From Octopus vulgaris (taxonomy: Eukaryota): DNA of 64,000 bases. Where the stretch lies: assembly GCA_951406725.2 (NCBI GenBank), contig OX597824.1, forward strand, positions 69,688,001 through 69,752,000. Reading direction: 5' to 3'. Positions 51,829 to 64,000 of the stretch are shown piece after piece. How positions within the stretch are numbered: position 1 is the first letter of the stretch; each line of letters opens with the position of its first letter. The translations under genes were made by a program, and so were the position numbers. The notes below the pieces were generated by a model that did no database searches, was not told the origin of the DNA, and was given only the letters and a program-made list of their open reading frames with translations.

Positions 51829-52250
51829 ACAAAGTCCCGTCTTATTTGCCTCTTATGTTCATGTTGCATTTGTTCCGCCCTACACTTTAGCAGTGCCAAC
51901 TACCTCCTCCGCCACGCTTCTACGTTTCCGCCTTAACTACCACCACCACCTACGCCGCCACCTACGCTACAAACATTATACTACAACAACATAAGCCACC
52001 GCCATTGTATGCATGTCTGTCTGTCTGTCTCTGTGTCTGTCTGTATGTATGTATGCATGTATGTATGTATGCATGCATGCATGCATGCATGTATGTATGT
52101 ATGTATGTATGTATGTATGTATGTATGTATGTATGTATGTATGTATGTTTGTATGTATTCGAAATATCTTCGTATGTGTACGCGTGCGTCTATGTGCGAG
52201 AGTGATAGCAAGAGGCTGAAGGAGATAGACAGATGCATACTATAAATATA

Positions 52251-52565
52251 TAAAGCGTGTCCCGAAAGTTACTGATGGGATTCAACTTTTAATAACTTCC
52301 TTAACCTTACAAAAAAATGCATGAAATTTTGATAAAATATAAAAGGACATAATGGAAATTAATATGCACGAGTCAAATTTGGCAGCCATTTTCGGCTTCG
52401 CTCACCCGTGCTGTTTCCCAGACTTGCACCATAACACCCTCAAGAATTTCAGACCCCACGTCTCTGATTTCTCTATTGAAGTTCTCCTTCAGTTGCACCC
52501 GGCTCTCCGATTTATTAATGTAAACCCTCTCTTTCAGGTATCCCTACAAGAAAAAATCTGGACTA
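52251..52565 (-). mobile_element. Tc1/mariner-superfamily transposon 3' end
   Basis: Minus strand PDFFL*GYLKERVYINK..QLKEN..EAENG. Confidence 0.78.
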
Positions 52566-52877
52566 GATTGATGTAATTGACTAGCCCTTCCCCTCAAAAT
52601 TTCAGGCCTTGTGCCTATAATAGAAAGGATTATTATTAATATAACGGTGAAGAGCAGCGTGCTGGTAGAATCGTTAGAAATGTCGGCCGTTTTTCTTCGA
52701 ACACTATATTTTCGGTTTAAATCCCAATGGAACCAACAAAATAAAGTACCAGTGACGTACTGAGGTCAATGTTATCGGCTAATCCCTTCCCTTCTTCCTA
52801 AATTCGAGATCATTATCGTTGCAGTGACGGTGGCAATGGAGGTGGTCATTGTCGTCGTCGTGGTCGTCGTCGCCGTC

Positions 52878-52935
<58 letters not shown>

Positions 52936-52945
52936 CAGCAGCAAC

Positions 52946-53025
<80 letters not shown>

Positions 53026-53103
53026 CAACTGCAGTAGTAGTAGCAACTGTAGTAGTAGTAGTAATAGTAGTAGCAACTGTAGTTAGTAGTAGTAGTAGCA
53101 ACT

Positions 53104-53134
<31 letters not shown>

Positions 53135-54169
53135 CAACTGTAGTAGTAGTAGTAGTAGTATATTGGTTTATAATATACTATTTGCAGCAATATTCGGAAT
53201 GGACCAAGAGTTTCGCCATGGTTGTTTTTGTACATATTTGTATATTAGTATGGAGACACAAACACAGACACAAACACCCAACCAAGTACACACACACAAA
53301 CACTCATATGCACAAATATAGGTACACGCACACCCGCGCATGCATTGCACACTCACACAAACACACTTATGAGTTAACGAGTGATTTTATATTGTTCTTA
53401 TAATTTGACGGGTGATCTCGTTAAAAGGAAGAGAAATTAAGACAAGAGGTACGAGAGAAGATCGAAATAAGACAAGAAAAGAAAAGAAAAGAAAAGAAAA
53501 GAGAAGAACAGCCGAAGAAGGCGAAGGAAAACGAACTGAAGGAAACCAATGAAAGAAAACTTTTAAATAAACATACAAGGGCAAAAGCCAAGGGAATGAT
53601 AACAAACAGAAAACTACACATTCATGTGTGTATGTGTATGTGTGAGTCTATGATGTTTGTATGCATGTATCCATACATGCATGTATGTATGTATGTATGT
53701 ATGTATGTATGTATGTATGTATGTATGTATGTATGTATGTATGTATGTATGCATGTGTTAAAACAATATAGCCAGTAGAAATGAAATGAAACGAAACGTA
53801 ACGAAAGGATAGAACGAACAAAGGAGATGGAGTGTCTTGTATTACACGTGTCCAATAATGACAATACAAGTGTGTCGGCTGTCTAAGCAGACAGCAGACG
53901 ACAGCTAATGACCAATGAAACGTTGCCAGCTCCGCCATTTTCTCAAACATATATTTGCAAATATATGTTTACACAAACATATACACACATATGAACATAT
54001 TTATGTATGTATGTATGTATATGTACATATATATACATATATATATATATACATAACTGTATGAATCAGATTTCAGGCGCCTTATGCACTCATAGAGAAT
54101 TTCCCAAAGGTCATCGTGCAATTTTTCTTTATTTCTTTCTTTCCTTCTTTCATTCTTTCTTTCTTTCTT

Positions 54170-54217
<48 letters not shown>

Positions 54218-54535
54218 GCCTTATCGTCTTTCTCTTTCAGCTCTTGTTCTTCATTCTCTGTTTTTCTTTCTTTGCTTCTTTCTCTCTATTCTTTCCTTCT
54301 TTACTCCTTTCATTCAGATTCTCCTTTTTCAATCTCCGTACCGCCATTTTTCTTTTACTTCTTTTTCTCTAATTCTTATTTAATTCTTCCTTTATTTCTC
54401 CCATTCTTTCTTTCATGTTACCTTTCTTTCTTTCTGCTTGTCTCTCTTTCGTTATGTCTCCTTGTTTTGATAAACTTCTATTCTTTTAACACTCAACTCC
54501 TAAACTCCCTGCACTCTCTCTCTCTCTCTCACTCG

Positions 54536-54635
<100 letters not shown>

Positions 54636-54862
54636 CCCTCTTGGCAGATACTCTCAGCTTTCAAATATACCACAGTTAAGATCAACAACAAAAACACTCT
54701 ATTGTTGCTGTCAGATATTTAGATGTACTCAACTATTCAAAAGCTCATCTAAAAAAAAAATCAGAAGCATAAAAGAAATCTCAACTGAAACATTAAAAGA
54801 AAACATTGGATAAACTCCTAACGACGATACCAGACTAACCACAGACATGATACCAATAGTAA

Positions 54863-54903
<41 letters not shown>

Positions 54904-55182
54904 ACCACTAGTTGTCTTTTATATTTGAAGCTTATTTGTATTATATATATAATAGCTTACATACTGGCGTTTGCTAAATTTTCTTGAGAACATTCCTTTC
55001 TTAGTGGTAAGACCATAGCGGATCTTCTTCTAGCATAATGGATGTCCACTTACAGGTCATCCCCCTTACATGTATGTAATATAATTTTTTCTGAAACTTC
55101 AGATTTTTCAATATGCTTGAACACTGGTTTTAGATTGATTATCATCAAATTAATAATTAATTTTTCATCCTTATTATTTTAA

Positions 55183-55236
<54 letters not shown>

Positions 55237-55428
55237 GTATATATATGTATATATGTATATATATGTATATATGTATATATATATATATACATATATGTAT
55301 ATATATATGTATGTATGTAATATGTATATATATATATATATATAAATATATAAATATATATATATATATAAATATATAAATATATATATATATATAATAT
55401 ATATATATATATAAATATATATATATAA

Positions 55429-55753
55429 AGACCCCCTTCGGTCATGAATGACCATGGGATTGCACCTAGAAAGTTACCCTCCTAGACACAAATCCGGGCA
55501 AGGTTGTTTATGGAAGACCAGCAGTCGCCCATGCATACCAGCCTCCCCTCTCCACGCCACCAGTGTTATCCAAGGGAAAGACAAAGGTCGATACAGCTTG
55601 GCACCAGTGACGTCGCAACTCATTTCTACAGCTGAGTGAACTGGAGCAACGTGAAATAAAGTGCCTTGCTCAAGAACACAACACGCAGCCCGGTCCTGGA
55701 TTCGAGCTCACAACCTCACGATCGTAAGCTCGACGCTCTAACCACTGAGCCAT
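55429..55753 (-). mobile_element. SINE, head 2 (CORE-like) / tail 4
   Basis: A box TGGCTCAGTGG; CORE-like CTTGAGCAAGGCACTTTATTTCAC..CAGCTGTAGAAATG. Confidence 0.9.
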
Positions 55754-55765
55754 ATATATATATAT

Positions 55766-56074
55766 GGAGGCGCAATGGCCTAGTGGTTAGGGCAGCGGAC
55801 TCGCGGTCGCAGGATCGCGGTTTCGATTCCCACACCGGGCGTTGTGAGTGTTTATTGAGCGAAAACACCTAAAAGCTCCATGAGGCTCCGGCAAGGGGGG
55901 GGGGGGTGATCCCTGCTGTACTCTTTCACCACTCTTTCTCCCACTCTTTCTTCTGTTGGCCTGCTCTCTTAGCCAGTGGGGTGGCGTCATTCGAAGGCTA
56001 AAACGATGCGAACGCATTGTGACCAGCGATGTGTAACAACATCTGATGGTCTGGTCGGTCCCGTGATCACGTGA
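55766..56074 (+). mobile_element. SINE, head A / tail 3
   Basis: Matches 37532-37816; head-to-head with the previous SINE across 12 bp of (AT)n. Confidence 0.9.
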
Positions 56075-56913
56075 TATATATATATATATATATGTATGTG
56101 AGTGTGTGTGTTGTGTATGTGTGTGCGTGTGTGCGTGTGTGAGTGTGTGTCTACGTCATAAATACAAACATATGTACATATGTGTTAATATACACATATT
56201 TTAATAGTCGTATAACTATGTATTTATAACACTTATACATGCAAGTATATGTACGTGTATGTCTGTGCGTGTGTGAGCGTGTGTGTTTATGTGTGCTTAC
56301 GTGTGTGCGTGTGTGTGTGTTTGTGTGCGTGTGAGTGAAACTGTCAAGCATACGTCTAGTCCAAAGAACTTTTACGTTTTACATTTTGTCATTATGACAT
56401 CACAATATCTGTAACGTTTTCTCTGCAGCCTTCGTTTTAAATAATCTTCAGTCTCTTCCAACCTTTCCCGGTGACTAGAAGCTAGAGAATGGTGTGCGCC
56501 AGGGGTCTCGCCGAAATGTCTAAAGACTAGTATAAACTTAGTCATCTCCACCTTCTCCTTAATGTTGGTGGGAATGTTTTATGCACCTTTGAGTTCTTAA
56601 ACAACCGCTGTAGCTTTCAGGTAGGTATCATAACATAGTTACAATGTATCCCGCATTATTCCTGTACCCGTATGAACTCTCCCGCAGACAATTGCAGAAC
56701 TGGAAACCGAGGTATTTCCAGCGAGCAACATACACTTCACCACGATATGTTCACACAGAACAGTTCATTATAAACAATTGTGTGATCGTAAAGGGCCGGT
56801 AACGTTAAATAACAATCAACATTATGAACATGAAATGAAGCTTACTCAACATGTAGTCATAGGTATGTCACACGAGAGTGACTATAAATACTTTATTTTA
56901 AAATATATATAAA

Positions 56914-57429
56914 CTAGCAGTATCGCCCGGCGTTGCTCGGGTTTGTAAGGGAAATAACTATATAAGCATTTTTAGAGAGTTATAGCAAAAAAATGCATTA
57001 AAAATGGAATAAAAAGTGATGGTAATTTTTTTTTAAATCGTTGACTCAGTGTCTTCAAGCCATGAAGTCGTTGTTCTAAAAGAACGCTGGTCTCCTTGAC
57101 AACGCTTTACGACGTTGATTTCCTTACACTCCCTTCCCCACAGCTCCACGAGGAGAAGCAAACAGGTGCAGATGTGAGCGTGGACGCCAACTCCGCCGCC
57201 ATCGACACACGAAAAATTATGCATTAAAATGGAATAAAAAATGATGTTAAATTATTTTTAAAATCGTAGACTCATCGTAGACGCGCGCTAATACCCAGAC
57301 GGGCTTGATATGAATCACGACTATAAGATACCCGAATTTGGTTAAACTGCACCGCAAAATGTGGGAGTAGATAGGAATCTAAATCGAAGGGAACAGACAC
57401 TCACACAACTACAGTTTTATATATATAGA
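56914..57429 (-). mobile_element. Non-autonomous Helitron with complete ends
   Basis: Minus strand A|TC...hairpin CCCGAGCAACGCCGGG...CTAG|T; internal ~56-bp direct repeat at 56993 and 57219. Confidence 0.85.
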
Positions 57430-57430
57430 T

Positions 57431-57667
57431 ATATATAAATTAGAGAAAAACCACTATTATGTACTTCAAACAATGATAGACATAAACCATATCATATAGA
57501 AAAAATAAAATATATTATAAAACATATATCCATTTATTCATTTTTTTTGTACTTTTTGTGATCTAGATATATGTTTTATAATATATTTTATTTTTTCTAT
57601 ATGATATGGTTTATGTCTATCATTGCTTGAATTATATATAATAGTGTTTTTTCTCTAATTTATATAT
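57431..57667. repeat. ~100-bp inverted repeat with 35-nt spacer
   Basis: 57471-57530 is a perfect reverse complement of 57566-57625; outer parts are imperfect. Confidence 0.9.
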
Positions 57668-57988
57668 ATATATTATATATCTATATTGTGAAATTTGATT
57701 TAATATTAAATTGAATTTTTCCCTGTAAGTTTGGAGTTATACTCCCTAATATTATTATTATTTTAAAATATAAAGATAAATTCGTTGATATTAAAACGCT
57801 TGATAATTATTTTTTGGTATTTCTATAATCAAGTAAAATGGTTTCATCATTAGCTGTTTGATAAACTTCATAAGTTTACACATCCTTTTTCCATTATATA
57901 AGTCCTTATGTAGCTGGTAATGCGTGAATGAATGCTTGTATACATAATATGCCTCTGTCGATCTCCTTCACACTTTCTTTTTGCTCTC

Positions 57989-58505
<517 letters not shown>

Positions 58506-58506
58506 A

Positions 58507-58712
58507 AGCGGTGAGCTGGCCGATTCATTAGCACGCCGGGTGAAATGCTAAGCGGTATTTCGTCTGTCTTTATGTTCTGAGTTCAAATTCCACCGAGGTC
58601 GACTTTGCCTTTCATCCTTTCGTGGTCGATAAATTAAGTACTAGTGAAACACCGGGGTCGATGTAATTGACTAGTCTCCTTTTCCAAATTTGAGGCCTTG
58701 TGCCTATAATAG
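58507..58712 (+). mobile_element. Family-C SINE
   Basis: Matches 16564 head and core. Confidence 0.88.
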
Positions 58713-58747
58713 GAAGGGAGCAACTGTGTGGTAAGTAGCTTACCACA

Positions 58748-59325
58748 GTTATGAAAAGCTTTTTTATTGTTTATCCAGACAAGTTTTTGTTACGTTTGTG
58801 ACAATCTTCGAAGATCATCTTATTAATGAGTAGCTGATCTTTACAACCACAAGACCCACGTTTACACCCTTTTTGCTCATTAGGGAATATGCCACTTTAT
58901 ATTTTAAAAAACTATAGGGATATTCAGTCGATAGATGTTATACATGGTTGTTAAGCAAGTTATGGGTCTATAATGTTTTGGTTCGTTTGTTTCTTCATTT
59001 CTTGGAAGTAGGGATGTTACACTATTAACTATCCAAGAGGGCATCATACTTGGTTATTGTAAAACATTGTTGTAAAGTTTTGTTAGCAGTTCATGGTTCT
59101 CTGGGAAGGCATTCAACGAGAAGTTAGGAATTTTATCCTTTCCTGGAGGCTTCCATTTGCTTGACTTCCTGAGAGTAGATCTTACATCCTCTACCTTGAT
59201 ACCCTTACACTTTTGCTCCTCTAAGGAGTCTAAGTCTATAGATACTCTATCAATCCAAGGAGCCTTTTCCTCGTGTGTTTTTTCTACTGCCCAAATTTTA
59301 TTCCAAAATCCTGCACATCTTTTGT
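58748..59325 (-). mobile_element. R4/Dong-type LINE fragment, N-terminal half of RT
   Basis: [60 protein letters not shown], with frameshifts. Confidence 0.85.
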
Positions 59326-59354
59326 TCACTACCATTGAATTAAGGTAATACCCC

Positions 59355-61075
59355 TTATTTTTTGAGCACCATCCGAAGTATTCGAGTGGTTTCAAGCAGT
59401 GCTGTATTCTGCAAGTGCTATCCTTATTGTAGCTCCCATTTGTTCCATGTACTTCTCAAGATTTTTGCTCACTGTTCCCAGGACTCCGACAATTATTGGC
59501 ACTACTACCACCTTTTCCATCGACCACAACTGCTTAACTTCCCAAGCTAACCTGTCATATCTATCGACTTTTCTTTCTTCATTATCGCACACCTTTTTGT
59601 CAGCTAGACATGCTATATCTATGATCCAGCATCGTTTGCTTTCTTTCTTAACACTATATGGTTTCCTGATCTCTACCTTGTGATCATACTGAATCACAAA
59701 ATCCCATAGGATCTTTGCATTATCACTTTTGATGATGCCTTCGGGTTTATGTTCGTACCACTTTTTTGCTCTGTCAAGTCCATATTTATTGCAAAGTGTC
59801 CAATAGACAATCATTGTCATGACGTCTCTTATATTCATTCTGGGTTAGTGGCGTACATTGACTGCTAATATGCCATACGGTTTCAACACTTAGTCAACAA
59901 ATTCTGCACTTATCACTTTCTGATGTGTTGTCTATTCTGTATTTGAAGTAATTGGTTCTTAATGCTTGCTCTTGGGCAGCACAGATTAGAGCCTCCATTT
60001 CCGTTTTAAATCACTTTTAGTCATCCATAGCCATCTTTTTTTCTCTGTCTTATCTTCAACATCCCTATGAAATTGTCCATACAGTCTTTTCTTTATCAAC
60101 CTATTTTCATTTTAATTAATTCTCAAGTGCTTGTACAGTGCTTTATCTTTGCAATCTTCAATCCTACACAATCCTGATTTTCTTACTTCCAATAATAGCG
60201 GTTCTGTGGCATTTTTTGCATACCATGCTATGCTGTTTTCTTCTGCTCTAATGCTGTGTTCGCATCCAATCAGTCTTCTTCCTCCTTTTTTTTCTTCGTA
60301 CATACAGTCTGTCCGTGTCACTTTTAGGGTGCAGTATCCCATATCTAGTTAGCAACATCCTTGTGTTTCTGTCTAAGCTGTTTAGTTCGTCTACTGTCCA
60401 TGCGATTACCCATGCTCCATATCTAAGGAGTGAAACCGCCCAAGTTTTGATAGCTTCAATCTTATTCCGTCCGTTTAATTTCGACTTAAGGAACAGTCTC
60501 AGTCTGTGCAAGTACTTCACCTTAAATTTTTCTGTCATTTCTTTCTCCATCAGTTTATCCATTTCCAAAATCTCCAAGTACTTATAGCCCGTCTCTTCTA
60601 TTTGCTTCATAACCTCTCCCGACGGTATCGCTAGCCCGTCAATACATTTGATTTTGCCTCTCTTCAAGACTAACTCCATTCTGATATCAACACTGAAAGT
60701 ATACTCCGTATCAACGAGGGAACTGACTTGGGATTCATCTTTACCATAAAGTTTGAGATCATCCATGAATAACAATTGGTTGACTTTTTGTTGGCGGGTT
60801 TTGAATACATACCCAGCCCTTGCTTTCCTCAGAACCACTGTTAGTCGTTAGTGGTATCATGCACAGTGCAAAAATCAGTGGGAACAGTCAGTCTCATTGG
60901 AAGATGTCTCTCCTGATTTCTATTGTCCTCAAACTTCTTCCATACGCTGTCAGTTCTGTCCTCCACTTTTTCGAAGCAATGGCTCAACATTCGATGCAAT
61001 ACCAAATATGTTCATAGAATCCATAATCCAAAAATGTAGGATCATATCGTATGCCTTACGATAGTCGATCCATGA
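59355..61075 (-). mobile_element. R4/Dong-type LINE, RT core through restriction-like endonuclease (pseudogene)
   Basis: WIDYRKAYD, LLFMDDLKLY, YKYL, KSKLNGRNKIEAI, DRLYVRR, KILWDF, IIDIA, VPIIVGVLG, TTRILRMVLKK*; several frameshifts. Confidence 0.93.
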
Positions 61076-61078
61076 CAA

Positions 61079-61563
61079 AGCTTAGTGGTATTTCGTCTGT
61101 CGTTACGTTCTGAGTCCAAATTCCGCCGAGGTCAACTTTGCCTTTCATCCTTTCGGGGTCGATAAATTAATTACCAGTTGAGTACTGGAGTTGATGTAAT
61201 CGACTTACCAGTTCCTCCCAAATTTCAGGCCCTGTGCCTATAGTAGAAAAGATCATTATTATCATTATTTTAAAATTTGGTGCATGACCAGCAATGTTAG
61301 GGAGAGGAATGACTCGATTGCATCAGTACCAATGCTTGGTTGGTACTTTATTAAATTCACCCTGGAATATAAAAGGTAAAGCTGACCTTGGTGGGGTTTG
61401 AATTCAGAACGCAATGAGCTGAAGCAAATGCTGTCGAGCAGGTTTCCAGCTCCTTACATTCACCGAAAGTCTACTTCGACTTTATCATCATTAAAATATT
61501 GTACTAATTTCTTTACTACACACAAGGAACTAAACACAGAGGGGACAAACAAGGACAGACAAA
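61079..61563. mobile_element. Family-C SINE pieces (+ 61079-61250; - 61275-61440; - 61508-61563)
   Basis: Core motif matches. Confidence 0.75.
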
Positions 61564-61610
61564 CGTTCGTATTCACATTTCAAGTGCACTTTACTTTCAA
61601 AGCATACATA

Positions 61611-61819
61611 CACGAGGAGATGAGAAGTTCCTGGTAAAAGAGAATACAGGAAGATCAGTTAATTATGATTTTATTCAACATATTCTCATCTCAGATTGAG
61701 ACACTTATTGCAGCGGTCTTTCAGTTTTTTCCAAGCCCTGTAAAAGAACTCGGTAAGTTGGGCCTCTAACCAGGCCTTTCGCGACACCCTTAATAGGAAC
61801 TTTTCAGCATCACCTCGTA
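61611..61819 (-). mobile_element. mariner-derived MITE
   Basis: Imperfect terminal inverted repeats ACGAGG..GAAGTTCCT / AGGAACTT..CCTCGTA; interior is a transposase C-terminus (EFFYRAWKKLKDRCNKCL). Confidence 0.75.
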
Positions 61820-61879
61820 TTCTGCTGAATGTACATTTGTGTGGGGGGGAAAACGTTTTCTTTTTTAAGCTCCACAATA

Positions 61880-62180
61880 CATTTTCATTGATGCACCGGA
61901 TACATCAACAATGATGTTTTTGTGGCCTTTCAAAGTTTGGTCCCTTCGCCCAGTTGACACAGTCGTGATTGATCAAGACCCAACGTGCATTCTACTAACT
62001 GCAAATCACAAAGCTTGCTCTCCTTATCCAAAGCCACAATGTGCTCTTCTCTGCAGTTTTAGTGATAAAATTTATGGCCCTTTTCTTTCCTACACCAGTA
62101 ACTCCAGGTTTATTATGCATCAAGTTTTTCATGCGTCTTCTTCATATGTTTTTCCTAGTTCCTTCATAGTCACCAGTTTA
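61880..62180 (-). mobile_element. HERO-like RLE LINE 3' end
   Basis: Minus strand GVTGVGKKRAINFITKTAEKSTLWLWIRR followed by a UTR resembling 11950-12040. Confidence 0.55.
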
Positions 62181-62539
62181 ATTCTGGCGGAATATATGAA
62201 ATAAAACAAGGGTACTAAAAACCCTTAAAAAACCATCAAATCACCTATATATCTTTGATCCTTTATATTTTACTTATTTCCGTCAGTAGACTGCGGCCAT
62301 ACTGGAGCACAGATTTGAAACATTTTTAGACGAATGAATAGACCCCAGTACTTATTCTTTTTCCAAAGAGATTTCTGTCTACACTATCCATTCAGAAAAC
62401 TTGGGTTACCCTCATATTAACTCAAGGTACTGTGTGGGTGGATGGACCCTCGTGCCGTAGGATAATTTCAAAGAACTGTAAAAGAAAGCATTAACAACAA
62501 TTCTTCTCTTTTTTAATCTGATTCTCACCGTCTGCAGCT

Positions 62540-64000
<1,461 letters not shown>

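Overview
This is repeat-dominated eukaryotic intronic or intergenic DNA with one 100-N gap (1065-1164). The SINE and microsatellite landscape looks like an octopod cephalopod (Octopus-like); that is my recognition, not a database result. I can support no intact host gene, and nearly all listed ORFs are microsatellite translations. Interpretable content: (i) more than 30 copies of tRNA-derived SINEs in several families that share heads and tails; (ii) LINE fragments (CR1-type, RTE, R4/Dong-type, HERO-like); (iii) a Penelope-like (PLE) GIY-YIG endonuclease fragment; (iv) deleted Tc1/mariner elements, MITE-like elements and two non-autonomous Helitrons. The most interesting signal is non-coding: at least five unrelated short repeats carry minimal type I hammerhead ribozyme (HHR) motifs. 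They include a tRNA-promoter + HHR element with an apparent target-site duplication (TSD) at 16169-16409, a 183-nt tandem-plus-inverted retrozyme-like unit at 42475-42940, a two-copy family with a CUGUUGA core variant, and a decayed HHR in the PLE 3' UTR. Together these suggest a set of PLE-dependent, ribozyme-processed, often microsatellite-embedded retroelements. All folds and alignments were done by eye, and coordinates may be off by a few bases.
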